The notes: generated by a model not told the origin, from the letters alone. DNA of 64,000 nt from Octopus bimaculoides (GCF_001194135.2 NC_068989.1:22455267-22519266); one strand, 5' to 3'. Counted from the first letter of the stretch, positions 26,171 through 40,829 are shown. A program made the numbers and translations.

Positions 26171-26469
26171 CGACTGGGATTTCACCTATTTGAATAAAAT
26201 ACAGGTACCTGTATATTAGTGTAAATGATACAAGTTTATTAATACTGTACTGTGCAAGGTGTTGTGAGATAGGACCATCCAGTAAATTAGTCTGATGATC
26301 ATAAGAATTTGAAGATTTTGCTCATAAATGTGTGTGGATTATTAAGTGGTCCCAGACTCAGTGTTTGGAAGGTTGGTGTTGTACCTGTATGCCATTTGGA
26401 AAAGAAAACAATACAAAAAAAAAAAGAAAAAAATGCTTGTTCAGTTCGTGTATGGGAGGTGCTGAATTT

Positions 26470-26656
26470 CTCAGCTTTAAGGGTATTGCGTAAGGCCCAA
26501 TCTTCCGAGTTCTTTTACAGGGCTTAAATAAACTGAAGGACTGCTGCAATAAATGTTTGAATCTGAGAGGGGAATATGTTCAATAAAATTATAACCAACT
26601 GATCCTCCTGTATTTTCTTTACTCAAAGCCAGGAACTTTTCAGCCCGCCACCCCAG
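26470..26656 (+). mobile_element. mariner 3' end with TIR
   Basis: EFFYRGLNKLKDCCNKCLNLRGEYVQ* resembles the mariner C-terminus (FY..GI.kL..Rw.KCi.l.GeYVEK); ends aagccaggaacttttcagcccgccacccca|gta. Confidence 0.7.
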
Positions 26657-27659
26657 TAAATGTTTGAATTTGCAACCTCATTCAACCCATGCTAATGTCC
26701 ATCAGAATACTGATACAGGTGTCAATATTTCTTCCATAAGCACAAAGTGTTTTAAGAGTAGAATATGAGGAAATGAGAGTATGTGGTGTTCATGCTGTTT
26801 TTAAGAATATTTAAGTCATGTAATAAAATGGTGGCAACTGGAAATCAAAATTAGGATTTAGACTTAGCTTGCTGGCAATTTAACTCCACTTAATACTATG
26901 ACAAGGTAACCACTACATACTCATCTTACAAGAAAAACAGCAAAATATCCCTCCAAATTCACATATTGTTTCACCTTTAAAAAGAGGAGGATAATGTATT
27001 CCTAAATTTTTCTAAAATGTCAGAAGGGTTAGTTACATCAGAATTAGCTTTAATCATGGATTTGCGTGTTCAGAGTTGACCTGAGGCTAAACAATAACAA
27101 CCAAATGCCATTTTCATATATCAGTTACAGATATAGAAAATGTTTCCTGAAAGGATGATTAATAGTTTCATGACTCATTGTAATTACATTTAGTTCGAGG
27201 AAATTGAATTTGTAATAGAAAATTATCCCAAAGTCAAGAAATATTTCAGAGAATGCAATTATATATAATTTAGTTTTTAAATTTTAAAGTATACCAAAGT
27301 CTTTTAAATTTGAGATGAGCCTCAAGAAAGAAGAAACATTCTGAATCTCCAAAGAAAAATTCTATTTAGTATTACTGTACTAGGGACATAACACAACTTG
27401 AGAGAAATTACCAAGCATCTTTGAGATAATACTTCACACTTTAACTGTAAATTTCTTTACCACAAACTTATAGAGGATATTTGTTGGAGCATTTTCTAAT
27501 TCTATTCTTACTCTTTTTGACTCCAAAGTAGTGGAATAGTTTGCAAAGTGGGCACAAGCAAAGTTATGAGTTTTAAGCTCAATTTGAAATCTTGTAGTCC
27601 CATGTTTAATCTCACAGAATAGCATGTTGGACAAGTGGCTTCTCCATAATCTCAAAATA

Positions 27660-28280
27660 TCTTAAACCATCCATTCATCTTTCCACTCACCATTCCTGGG
27701 ATGGTCATTGGAGCATTAGCGTAGCTAGAGTGTGTGTCACCCTTATGTTTGCCACCCCTGGGCCCCACAAAAAACACATATTGCCAAGAGCAGACCCAAA
27801 AGTGCCATCCCTTTAAAAGTGCTGCCCAGGATGGACAGCCCCTACCACACCCCACTGGCTATGCTAGTGCATTGGAGTAGAGTTTTCAGGCACCACTTCT
27901 ATAGGGTCTTGTCAAAAGCAACTGTCATTAGACTTTCCAGCTGGATCACCAAGTGTGACCAACTGTCACTATGTATACTATCCAGCCATTTCATTTTTGG
28001 TCTACTCTTAGGTCTCCTGCCAATTGGTTTGGCTTAAAGAATGTGTTTTGCAATTCTTTATGCAATATTCCAATCATATCCTTGTAGTACTAGACCTGTT
28101 CTTATGAGGTATTTAACACCACCACTTCACCATTTGATTCTAGCCAGTATAGTCAATATTGGTGCAAGCATGTGGACCAGGTCTCCAGTTTTGGTTTCTT
28201 CCCCTTTTTTCATCTAATTGACTAAGAGGTTCTACGAAAAGATCACAGAAGCTGTCTTCTATCTTTTGACTGAGCCATAT
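27660..28280 (-). mobile_element. RTE-clade LINE 3' remnant, interrupted by a hAT MITE
   Basis: RIAKHIL*AKPIGRRPKSRPKMKWLDSIHSD plus upstream decayed SKDRRQLL*SFRR...QNWR. Confidence 0.7.
27714..27869. mobile_element. hAT-type MITE, 156 bp
   Basis: TIRs cattagcgtagctag / ctggctatgctagtg; perfect 8-bp TSD cattggag at 27706-27713 and 27870-27877. Confidence 0.88.
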
Positions 28281-30329
28281 CTAAAAGAAAAATAAATCAG
28301 ACTGAATTTAAATATATTTTTTCAATCAATGATAAATTTTAGAAGCAGCTCTCTAGCTTTTATTCTATTGCTTTAAATGAATGATAAATTTTTCATCGTC
28401 ATCATTATCATTTTACATCCACATTCCATACAATTGTGGGTTGGAAAAGTCACCATGGTCAGTCAGTTCTTATTCAAAGTTACAGTCCTCTTAAGATAGA
28501 TCAGAAGACCATATCTTGATCATACATTTAATTTTTGATGTAACTCTTATGGCATGAAGCTCTACCAAACACCAACCATTTTACAGAGTGTACTGGATAC
28601 ATTTTATCACAGCACCAGAATTAACAATGTTGCGTTAGCTTTTATAGTACTACATTCCTTGTTTACTTTCTGATGTCTATAATTTAGATTGGTTAAAATC
28701 TAACGTGTGTATTGTATTCTGATAGTGAATTGTAAATATTAGCTTGGGGGGAGGGGGAATATAACCACTGAACATAATTTCTTAATATTTAAAGCTAATT
28801 TTGTATTAAACGTGCCAATCTTTAAATAACAAAGTCATAAAGTAAGAGTGTATTCAAACTGTGTTTCCACCATGCTGTACAACTAGACAAGAAAATATAC
28901 AACTAGACAAGAAAATTACAAGCAAATATAGAGTTGAAGAACCATCAGGCCTGATGCTAACAAAAAATAGAAATAAAACTGCCTTAAAAATGAAAATTAA
29001 AAGAAATTTAATGAAAGACATCCTACTTTCATATCGTGATGTAAAGCATGGAATATGGTCTGAAGACAGTTGCTTTTCCAAATGAATTTTAAACAATTTC
29101 TATTTTAGAGTCAGATAATTTTTAGCATTTCAATCAACATAGAGTGAAATGTATATAAATATCTCATAAAAAAATAAACTGTAAAATTTCTTTGCAAAAC
29201 ACATGGAGAGTTTAGATCTGGTGATTTTGACCAGGTAGTAGTAGTTCTCATGTTTCAACAGCTCATGCTTATAACAAACTGGCAACCCCAGATAAATAAC
29301 TTGTATTTTCCTCTCTTTCAATTACATAAGTCTTATTTACTGGGTCTTTCGTTTATTCAACTGAAGAAATTTTTGAAGCATTTCATCCACATACTTTTCC
29401 AGTGCTTCATACAACTATTTGCAACATGTTTATATTTTCATAACAAAAAAAAAAAAGAAAAGAAAATGTGCATCATAATTGGAAACAGGCACAATCAGTG
29501 TTGTTTAGTGAAGCCTGCAAAATTTATTGTTAATAATTCTTGATGCTTCAATTACTACATTCTTATGGGAACAATGCAACAAAATTGAAAGTTTGGATGA
29601 GCTCTAAAGATTTTCCTCATTTGAATAACATTATTGCACACAATATTCAACACCCAAGCCACTACACCCTGTGCCTCCACAAATGCACACACACACATAG
29701 ATGCAGGTGCAGTTTGGCTAAATGGTTAAAAGGTTTACTTCACAAACATGGGATCCTGGCTTCAATTCCATGGTGTGACCTCTTGGATAAATGTCATTTT
29801 TCTCTAGACTCAGGTTGACCCAAACTTTGTGAGTGAAACTGTATAGAAGCCCATCTTGTTGATTGAATTTGTAATTCGAAGGTCCAACCTTTTCACACTA
29901 TGTGAAGCTGATTCTATCTGAGGGCTCACACTAAGGGTACACTAAGCCTGGAATACTCAGCACCTTATATGCTTATTGAAAGAGCCAGTGGTTTAATTCA
30001 TTGAAGAATCAAACATTCATAATAAGAAATTTCAACCAAGATCCATTTCATATATAGACTTTGTCCCTTCTTCGGTCACTAGATGTCCTTTTGAATTTTT
30101 AATTGTTGATATGACATAGTGTGTCATATGTGTTTGTATATTGCCTTTATTGTCCTTTTTGTTGAAAAATAAACAGGTTAATTAACATAGTAGAGTGTCT
30201 GCAAGTTGATGAGTACCACATATTCCCCTCCATATTCTTATTGCTATATATATATATATAAACGTACATATACACACATAAAAAGTATAAACCCCCTTCA
30301 GTCATGAATGGCCATCCGAGGCACAATTT

Positions 30330-30600
30330 CATGCAAGGTTGTTTATGGAAGACCAGTAGTCAGTCACTCATGCATACCAGCCTCTCCTCTCCATGCCACT
30401 GATGTTATCCAAGGGAAAGGCAAATGCCAATACAACTTGGCACCAGTGATGTTGCAACTCATTTCTATAGCTGAGTGATTTGGAGCAACGTGAAATAAAG
30501 TGTCTTGCTCAAGAATGCAACACTCAGTTCTGTCCGAGATTCAAGCTCACTATCTTATGATCATGAGCCCAACACTAACCTCTGAGCTATGTGCCTTCCA
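30330..30600 (-). mobile_element. tRNA-derived SINE of another family, diverged
   Basis: ctgagtga..tggagcaacgtgaaataaagtgtcttgctcaagaa core; reverse tRNA-like head ending gagctatgtgccttcca. Confidence 0.7.
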
Positions 30601-30949
30601 TATACATACATATATATATAAAAATACACATGCACACATACCTACACTCATATAGATATTACACTGTATGTATTATGTAGATATATAGCTTAACCTTCTA
30701 AGTGTATTTCATTCGTTCTTAACATTTGAAAAAAAAAGGTAAAAAGAAGAAAGAAAAGGTTATTTGTCAAGTGAAAATTGTTAACCTTACTGAATAAGTA
30801 AATAAATATAGACTTTACTTCAAAAACCAATAACAGGTTTGGAAAACAAGATGTTATTTGTGTTGTGTGAGTATGTTGTGTATGTAAAGTTGTAGATGTG
30901 CATACCAGTGTGCAAGTAAGTATACTTGTTTATATATGAAAGTATAATT

Positions 30950-30993
<44 letters not shown>

Positions 30994-31145
30994 ACACACA
31001 TGCAGTGCATATGTGACTTTATGTATTATTGTGTATATTTTACCAATCATCAACCTACAGAACTGATTTATTCTGTGGATATTTTCATTCAATATATCAG
31101 GTCTAATCACATATATGAGTGTGGTTGATGTTTATATATATATAT

Positions 31146-31178
<33 letters not shown>

Positions 31179-31653
31179 AATGTGTGTACACACACAATGC
31201 CCAACAAAGAGCTCATCCATTTCACGAGCCTAGTTTATCAACCTTTCCATAAGGCCATTTGCTATTAATAAAATATACACTTCCATCTCTATCCCTGTAT
31301 ATCACTCTCTCTCTCTCTTCCACATGCTCTGCCACCCAGCACATCATCTCCCCATTTTCTGATCTATCTAAAGGTTCATTATACTGCTGCTTTCCACCTT
31401 TCCTGTACTGTCACTTACCACCTTCTCCTTCCTGAGGTATTTCTTTAACCTCACCCCCCACACCCCATACTGATAGTTATTATCAACCACACCTCCACTT
31501 TTGTGCATCATTCCCTACATCTACCTTTTCTCCTATCTATAACAAGTGGAGACTGGCAACAGGAAGGACATCTGGTCATATGAAAACTCTCTGCCCCCAA
31601 CTATCTTCTATGTGATCCATGCATGGAAAAAATAGGCATTAAAATGACACCAT

Positions 31654-31686
<33 letters not shown>

Positions 31687-32034
31687 GCATTTGTAGGAAA
31701 TAGTTGGGGTGGAAGAGGACCTGGAGGAGAAGGGAAGGTGAAGTAAGAGCTTAAACCAAGCATTTACAATAGAGTAGTGTATGAAGAATCCTTCTGCCCC
31801 CCCCCCACTCTGTATAAAATTGAGTAATGTGTAAGACCAACCACCTAATAAGTGGGTTTGATCTCTTCTATCCCTTCAGCCATTTTGCTTCAACATAGTA
31901 TGACAAATTCTTGTTGAATTTTATACCATATAAATTTGAAATCTTCCTATCGCTCCAAAATGGAATTCATTTATATTGCTAATACCCTTGAGGAAGGCTC
32001 ATACACTTATAATTTAACCAATTAATTTTCACAC

Positions 32035-32183
32035 TGAGTGGTTGGCGTTAGGAAGGGCATCCAGCTGTAGAAACTCTGCCAAATTTAGATTGGAGCCTGG
32101 TGTTGCCATCCGGTTTCACCAGTCCTCAGTCAAATCGTCCAACCCATGCTAGCATGGAAAGCGGACGTTAAACGATGATGATG
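32035..32183 (+). mobile_element. Family C SINE, 5'-truncated young copy
   Basis: Close match to 7470-7621 with (GAT)n tail. Confidence 0.88.
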
Positions 32184-33124
32184 AAAATGGAATCTTCATA
32201 CCTACACAAGAAATTCTCTAATGGGAAGACAAGGTGGCTAGTGCTATAAGCAGAGTGTTGTGCGTAAATATCAAGTTGTTTTCTGTTGCCTTGGTTGCGA
32301 TTATGTGATAAAGAGGAGTTTAGAGGTAAGTTAAAATGTTGAAGGAAACAAATAAAAGGACAATTCTTTGGCACGTCTTATGTCTGCATTCCTTCCTGGA
32401 GTCTTGAGAATTTGCTATTTGTTATGTATATTTGGGTTCATGAATTTTTCTATGTTTGGGTTATTGTTGTTTAGCCATGTGTCACCCTGACTGAGCAGAC
32501 TTATGATCAAAGGCTTTCCAGTAATGCCCACAACACCTTTATTTCAGAGATATTCTATCTAGGATTACATTATCCAATGTGTCCTACCTTTTATAAAATG
32601 GTAGGATGGGATTTGAAGGAAATTAATTGCAATTTTTAGCAAGTCAAATAACTGCACGGAGCCCACTTGTATTGACTCTCATATGACAATATCTTGTTGA
32701 GGACATACCTAGTGAAATTACAATGGTTCTTAAGGAGCAAAGAAACTTTGGCCATGATCAAGTAGTTAGAATATTGCTTTTGCTTAATCACCAATTACAG
32801 AGGAGTTTGTGCTTCTATAAAGAGGTATAATAAAGCTGAAACATGATCAAAGTTATCACCTGCATTTGTTGTAATGATTAAAATAATATTAGTTATTGAG
32901 CAATATATTTTCCTCACCACATAAGTATTTATAATTACATTTTTAATACTACATTAACTATTATTTTTTATGGAGATGACACCTCTGAGTAATTAACTCC
33001 CATAATTTAATAGAAAGCTGTGGTGCCAGTATTCACCTTCAAAGGTTTGTCAGAAAGTGGGCTCATGGAAGTTAGTTATAGTGTATAGGAACATGATAAC
33101 TATGTCTAGTATTTTTGTCATTAC

Positions 33125-33212
33125 TGATATGAGAATAATGGCCTTATCAGAGTTGAGCCCACATGCTCCTGCAACCAGCCAGAAATACCATCTGGGTTTC
33201 CTGTAACCTTTT
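33125..33212 (-). CDS. Weak candidate coding exon (88 nt, phase 1-2)
   Basis: Acceptor ttgtttttgtatag|, donor CA|gtaatg, open frame xKVTGNPDGISGWLQEHVGSTLIRPLFSY. Confidence 0.33.
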
Positions 33213-33499
33213 CTATACAAAAACAACCAATACCATCTGTGGTTCCCTCATATAAAATTTCTCATTTTAAAATGTTCTTATTTAAACTAAAAATCTTCCA
33301 CTGTAGTTTTAAGTCAATAACTTCTAAGATGCATTCCTATATGTGCATTTTAATAGTGAAAAAGTTATTTTACCTACCCTTCTCCAAATTCCTAATTACT
33401 TTCAAAAAGTAATCGACACACACAAGTAAAATATTTCATAAGAAATATGGCCAAGAAAGAGATTAAATCCACTCTGTCAACATAAACAAGCAGATATCT

Positions 33500-33910
33500 A
33501 AGTCTCAACCTCAACAAAGGCTTCATTGCACCTGAAAGAAGAACCCCTCCTTGGGCTCCTTCCACTGCTGTCTGTTCCTAGCCAGTCATGGCCGTGTAGG
33601 CTCCAAGTAATGAGTGAGATCATCTTGCCATCTTGTCTTTGGTCAGCCTCCATTGTCTTGTTGTCCATTCCATCACCCTGATTGTCTATCTGTTGTCCTT
33701 CAATTGCACGATATGACCAGCTCATCTATATTTGTTCTGTTTGTTCTTATGATGTCACTGACTCTAATATATTCTGTCAAATCCAGGCTTTCGTTTTCTT
33801 GTCTTGCAGTGTGATGCTGAGCATGATTTGTTTCATTTTCTTTTGGGCTACAATGAGCGCATTCATGATGTCAATGGTACCTCAGTCTACATTGTATAAT
33901 ATAGTATATA
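33500..33910 (-). mobile_element. RTE-clade LINE 3' remnant
   Basis: AQKKMKQIMLSITLQDKKTKAWI*QNIRVSDII...[W]AGHIVQLKDNR*TIRVMEW...PKTRWQDDL. Confidence 0.85.
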
Positions 33911-36420
33911 ATACACAGTATCTGTTTGAATAAAAGACGGGATGGTTATGGCTGAAATATTTTTGATCATAGGTCTACTTAATCAGAACTGATTTGGAGT
34001 TAAACAACAATTTCATTACCATATTAGGGAGGCTTGCAAAAATTATGGCTGTTTACCACTTCTCTTCTGAAGAAAAGAAGGAATGGAATGTGATGTCCCT
34101 GTATGCAAGAGACTGAGGGTAATTGATTTATATTAACAATATTGACATTTTAGTAATTATTAGTAATTACATTTTAATTAAGGCAGTAAGCTGGCAGAAT
34201 CATTAGCATGCCAGGCAAAATGCTTAACAGTATTTCATCCATCTTTATGTTCTGATCTGAGATCAAGCTCTGCTAAGGTCAGCTTTGCTTTTCCTCCTTT
34301 CGGGATCGATGATAGAATAAGTACCAGTTGAGCACTGGGGTATTGACTTTACTCTTCTGCTAAGCCATGTTGAGCCAGTGTGGCAGAGTAGACTCATCAA
34401 ACCAGTATGATCTCAAGCTCAAATTCATGACCACATCAGACCATGGTTGGTGGAGAGAACATGCTGAGGTCTTCATTCTCCCGTAGGCTGAACATGAGCA
34501 AACCAATCCAATTTTATACTTCAATTATTTAGTTTTGTTCATTAATAGCTAAGCTGTATTGTTGTTGACATTTAGGATTATGTCAGTTCTAATCTAGCAG
34601 ATCTATGATCAAAATGTGTTTTAGTCCTGACCATCTTATCTTTCTATATTTTGTATGCTGTACCTATGACCACAATTCCAACCTATTCCGGTTTTTTTCC
34701 TGTAGCCCATTAGCATTCAGGTTTCTCTGTCAAATGTATTGCTTATTTATTCATATTGTTTTCAATTAATCGTGCATAATCTGGTAGCTTTGAGATTTCC
34801 ATGGTGTGATTTTTTTTTAACTTCAGAAGGACAGTGTAGAGTAGATGTGAGAGGTTGGATCTGACTGATTTGAACACAGAACAGGAATATTATTTGGGGC
34901 TAGACATGGCCAGTTTAAATGCTAAAGGGTAAAATTAAGGGGCTTATGATGTGAGGAAAATTTTACTGCTATTTCTAGCACTCAAGCAGCCATGAAGAGG
35001 TTCACTCGCTTTCAATTTTCAATGGTGTTATGTGTGATATTGTTATGTTTACATGTTTTCAGCGTGGGCATGTGGTGTCCTTAACCAAGTGCATAAGAGC
35101 GCATGTGAGTTTCGGGTGTTATAAATGTTGTAAATGTTGCATGCGTAGTCTTTGGAGGAGGAGAGAGGAGAGGGGTGGGCTGGGGTAGAGGAGGTAAAAC
35201 CTGTTCAACACTCCTTCCTTCTCAGATTAGTAGCAGAGATTTTGGTTATCAACATGCGTAAACAGCTAGGAAGAGAGTTGGAGCCAATGAGACTTTTAAT
35301 CGTCTGTCAGCATTGAGTAATTAACTTCACCATCACCAACATCCTCATCACCATTATCTGACATCATCATCATCATCACCATTATCTGACATCATCATCA
35401 TCATCATCATGATCACCAGTACCACCATCATCTTCACCATCGCTATTGCAAGCAATGTGAATAGCTGCACGAACACCATCCCCATTACATGGTTATTTAG
35501 CTTTATCAACACCATCCGCACCACAGCCAACACCACAAAATGAACTGGCAAAACCTGTACAAACTGCTACATAGAACAACAATAACTAGTTATAGTGCAT
35601 GACATACACATGTGTGTGTGTGTGTGTGTGTGTGTACATACACATTATATATATTATCATCATCATTTAATCTCTGTTTTCCATGCTGGCATGAGTTGGA
35701 CATACATACAACCCTGCCACATACACACATATCAGTTAGAAGCAACAAAAGCAGTATATGGTTAAAAATAGCCATCAATATATCATACTTAACAAAGACA
35801 TTGTTGAATGGTAAATTTACTGCATTATTTGCCAAACAGATAACATCCCTTATGCTTTTACTGTTTTTAAAAACAATACAGAGAGAGAAAAAAAATCATC
35901 TCAGAAGCAGCTGATGAGAGCATCAGAGGCATTTCAGCCTCAGTAGGCCTTATCAATGTTGTATACTCACAGCTAACCACATACTTAGTTAGACAAGACT
36001 TGTCACCCCTGGTATATAGGAAAACAGTAGAAGACTTTTACTGGCATTTGGAATAGCCATCAAGATGAATAAAAATCCATTATATACAATAGGTAAGGTC
36101 AGGTATGGGAGCATGTGTCATTGCAGTGTACTGCTAGATCCACCATTGTCAGTATTTGCTTGGGTCATCCGAGGCAACCCTCTGAGTAGTGTCCTGGTCA
36201 GTCCCCATCTACATGAGATACTTCAACATCCACTGCCATCATGTGGTATATGGCTAGCCAACAAAAGCTATCACAAAAAAACATGACAAATTTAATCATT
36301 TCTCCATAGACTGAAAAAAGTGATACACCCCCTACACGCCCATATTTATATGTATGTATGTATGTATGTATGTATGCATGTATGTATGTATGTATGTATG
36401 TGTGTGTGTGCGTGTGTGTA

Positions 36421-36485
<65 letters not shown>

Positions 36486-36488
<3 letters not shown>

Positions 36489-36651
36489 AATTTACGAAAA
36501 AAACAACAGACGAATTCAGGTGGTGTAAACAACAAATGGATGTATTAGTTTAACGCTCTTCAACTGAAAAGAACACAGAAAGAAACAAGGAGAGAAACAA
36601 GGAGAAAAAAAATATAAATGTAGTGGTCAGCGATCTACCATGGCAAATGCC
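36486..36651 (-). mobile_element. Penelope-like short element in (TA)n, internally deleted
   Basis: Homologous to 25172-25418 but lacks ~40 bp between acgctc microhomologies. Confidence 0.65.
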
Positions 36652-37211
36652 ATATATATATCACATTTTGCATACCTTGTACTCTGAAGGTACAAATTGA
36701 CACCATGCCTGCACAATCTTTATCTCTCTTTCCAGCTACTCTCATCCACCTTTATATAATATTGGGTAGCCATGTACCTCCTTGACAGCAAGACACCTGA
36801 GCTTCTCCCTCTGTCAGCCTCTCAACAGCTGACAAAGCTGCCTCACTCTTTTACCATAAAGTCAAAAGGGCTTCAAGAAAGGCATCCAGCTGAAGAATCC
36901 ATGCCAAAACAGACATTAGAGTTTGATACAATCCTTCGGCTCATCAGATTCTGTCCAACGATACTACTTGTGCCAGTATGGAAGATGTATGTTACATGAT
37001 GATAAAGATGGATGTTACATGATGATATATACAATGACCTTCTTTCAATTTCCATCAACCAAATTCACTCACAATACTTTGGTTGACCCAGGGATATAAT
37101 AGAAGACATTTGCTCAAACTTCCAGGCAGTGAGATTGAACTTAAAACCACATGGTTGTGAAGCAAACTTCTTAACCCCACATCCATTCCTATATGTAACA
37201 ATACTTGAATT

Positions 37212-37592
37212 GTTGCTGGCACTCCATCGCTTACAACGTCGAGGGTTCCAGTTGATCCGATCAACGGAACAGCCTGCTCGTGAAATTAACGTGCAAGTGG
37301 CTGAGCACTCCACAGACACGTGTACCCTTAACGTAGTTCTCGGGGATATTCAGCGTGACACAGTGTGACAAGGCTGACCCTTTGAATTACAGGCACAACA
37401 GAAACAGCAAGTAAGAGTGAGAGAAAGTTGTGGTGAAAGAGTACAGCAGGGTTCGCCACCATCCCCTGCCGGAGCCTCGTGAAGCTTTAGGTGTTTTCGC
37501 TCAATAAACACTCACAACGCCCGGTCTGGGAATCGAAACCGTGATCCTATGACCGCATGTCCACTGCGATAACCACTGGGCCATTGCACCTC
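37212..37592 (-). mobile_element. tRNA-derived SINE (family D), full length, 13-bp TSD
   Basis: Reverse tRNA head (gggaatcgaaacc...aaccactgggccattgc); TSD caatacttgaatt at 37199-37211 and 37593-37605. Confidence 0.9.
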
Positions 37593-39501
37593 CAATACTT
37601 GAATTACACAGGCAAATACAGGAAACAGTTCTGCACATGTTTCAGTATTATTAGAACTCATTGGTGAATCATAAATTTCCCTGTACTTTGTGAGGTAGTG
37701 ATGAGAGAGGATCACAAAGCAGACAGATATTGTGCCTGAATTGGCATTGAAATTAACATATAGTTAATCAGCTAACATATCTCTCACTTCTGATCCTGTT
37801 ATAATTGATGTAGAATGCTGTCTTGTCTGGGAGTTAGTTCATGTATTATCTGATTAGGATAAGTGATAATTAAAGCAAAGATACCTGGACCATACATAAC
37901 TATATTGATTTTATGCATCACATATAACATTTCGCACCCAACTAATTATACAAACCTAACTGGCCAGAGATCTACTCTAAGATAATGAGCAATAACAACT
38001 GGACAAGATTACAAAAGAGTGTCTATGTGGTTAATAAACCTGCAAGAAATAACAGCCAAATCACACTTAAATTACAGCCTACTGCCTTCAGAAAGAAAAG
38101 AAATATACTGGTTAATGTGGCCTTAGATGTACTCCTAAAACAAAATAAAACAGAGAGAGAGGGGGGGGAAGAGAGAGAAATTACCAAGGTGGTTATGATT
38201 TTTATTACAGATCTATTTAATCTGGGGTCAAGCAACAACAACGACTGGTCAATGTCAAGCCAAAGAACAAGGTTTTATAGATTCACTTAACCTGTGAGGA
38301 ATAACAGCCAAATCTCCCTCAGATCACAGTGTATCTCTACATTATGATTTAAAGAATTTAAAAAAAAAAAAAAAACGAGCTAGAATGTCTTTTATCATAG
38401 ATCTACTCAATCAGAACTGACCGATGGCTAAAAACCACTGCTACCACCAGCCAATGTAATAAACTAGATATTTTATGGAAACTACACAGGTTTGTCTTGT
38501 ATCATGAATAGAGAAGAAAAAGAAACCATATTGTAACCATCAGGATAAACTCATGCGTAATTAAAATGTCAGATATTTTATTTTTGCAATACACTTCACA
38601 AGAAAAAATACTCTGGCCAGTTCAAGCTGGTTAGTATAAGGTCTTAAAATGAATCATAATAAACACCAAAGTTTAGAATTACAACTACAGATTTTTTGTT
38701 TTTGAGATGGGGTTGGTGGTGGTGATGAGTGGGGGAGGGGGTTAATATAGTATTTCAATATGTTAACTGAATCAGAACAGACAGAAGTCAGAAATTCATA
38801 TCTCTCAATAATGAAAAAAAAAAATTTAGAACAGTATATATTTGTCTGGATAATGAGGGGGTCTTATGTAGAACAAAAAGTTAAAAAAGAAAAGAAAGAA
38901 AAACGTCCTCTTTAACAGACATGACAAACAAATCCCTTTAATATCTCACTGAGAACCACACCTACAAAAAAAGAAAACACTTGTAGAGGATGTAAAAAGC
39001 TAATCACAGACATGTAATACCATACCAAATGTCTGACTGGAACCGACACCCAATAAACAAGTCAGAGATAAGTAAAACATTACACTTTCTAAATTGTTTA
39101 GTCAATCTTGTTGCTCCCCCTGTAAATAACTCTCCTTTAGTGAATTAACAAAATGAAGTTTGTCTGGAGCAAAATGTATACAGTTCGATGTTATCTTCTG
39201 CAAAACCCTATTTTATGTGTAAAAAGCTTAAAAGATAAATAATAATAATAATAATAAACAAATATCTAATGTAAACAAAAGATCACCTTATTAGTTTTAT
39301 CTTCTACTGTATTGCATTGCAAACTTGAATCTGAGACAAGAGTCTTTCAATTTGCAGTGAAATTAGCTGAAAGAAAAATCCAGACTGGTTTATTTCTAGG
39401 CATTTAATAAGTATAAGAAGTCCATTCTGTGAATCAATGAAGGAATAAAAGAATTAAAAAAAAAATATCAGGACAACCAACAGAAGGCCTCACAAACTAA
39501 G

Positions 39502-39561
39502 AAGGGAGCTTGTGTGCCATGTAAGGGAGACTTGTGTGCCATGTAAGGGAGACTTGTGGCA
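39502..39561 (+). repeat. Short tandem repeat, ~3 x 22 bp
   Basis: (taagggagacttgtgtgccatg)n. Confidence 0.9.
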
Positions 39562-39774
39562 CTGAGGCTGACCTTACGTATGGCATATGGAATGCCAAGA
39601 TTATATAAACAGTGCTCCAACATGGCCACAATGCATGGGCTGAAATAAGTAAAAAAAAGTACAATAGCTTTTTATTAAAATTTTGGAACATAATCATCCA
39701 GTTTGAATCAAATATATTTGATTTACTTATTGTATATGACAAACCATTTAAGTTATTGGTTCAGTGGTGTAGAC

Positions 39775-39959
39775 CATTGCTCCGCAACTGGTATGCCACA
39801 TTATAATGGTGTGTCACAAGACGATACTAGGTGTGCTGCAGAATAACCTGAATATATTTTTTCCTTATACTTTTAGTTATATTCTTTTCAAAATTTGACA
39901 GCACACCTGAACTAAAAATATAAGTGTACCATGAGTGAAAAAAAGGTTGTGAAGCACTG
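39775..39959. mobile_element. hAT-type MITE, 185 bp
   Basis: TIRs cattgctccgcaac / gttgtgaagcactg; perfect 8-bp TSD gtgtagac. Confidence 0.88.
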
Positions 39960-40787
39960 GTGTAGACGAATTTATGATATGTTTTACCTCACAAGGCCTA
40001 CTGCAGGAAAAATGGTGCTGCCCTGACTTGCTATACATAGTTAATCTATGAGCTAGAAATAACAACCCAAATTACAAACTACTGTCTTACAAAAGGAAAG
40101 GACATGCTGGGCTATGTAATCTTAGATATACAAATTAACAGGGAGGTCACAACTGGATTGCTTTTGAACATAGGTCTGCTCAATTAAGTTTGACTAGTCT
40201 TTAAACAACAACTACTACTACTACTATAACATTTCGATTTCCACAGTTAGAATGTAATTCATATCAGGGAAATTGGTTGAGCTTTGAGACTTTTCCACAT
40301 AGAACAAAATGGAGAGCTCTTTCAAATGTAATTTCATGATAACAGAAACAAAACATGGCAACAGAGAAGAAGAAAAGCAATCAGAACAACTCTGACGAAG
40401 GATGCACACAAAAGGTATCTTCATGATAAGTTATCTGACTCTATACACATGGTTGTTTGACTGGAAACTGCTGCTGTTGTGCATAGTTGCTTATGGAGTA
40501 AGAGAGGGTGAATATTCTTCTCAAGGAGAGAGAATCACCTCTAGGTTTATATATTTTTCCTATGTTGAGAGATCTTTTTTCCCATGAGTGAAAGGAGAGG
40601 AACAGTATGTATTTCCATATAACCAAGACAAAAGACAGATTTTTCATATAATCTGGTGCGTTTGTTTTTTCTTTTGGTTTTTTTTTTTTTTTTTGATAAC
40701 AGAGTAATCTATTGGTGAAGTACGTAAAAGAATGTAAATATAAGACCAAAGATAACATTGTGAATTATTGATGAGGAGGAAGGAAGC

Positions 40788-40803
40788 NNNNNNNNNNNNN
40801 NNN
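40788..40803. other. Assembly gap (16 N)
   Basis: Run of N. Confidence 1.
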
Positions 40804-40829
40804 GGGGGGGGGGGTCTCAGACATGCATT

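Noticed and set aside
27434-27655. 73-aa minus-strand ORF (MRLWRSHLSNMLFCEIKHG...)
   Set aside because: Weak acceptor, no motif, and it abuts an RTE remnant; consistent with a chance ORF.
28130-28280. Apparent minus-strand exon with a strong acceptor (IWLSQKIEDSFCDLFVEPL...)
   Set aside because: Another frame aligns with the RTE LINE 3' region and is continuous with the RTE remnant at 27660-28130; there is no good donor.
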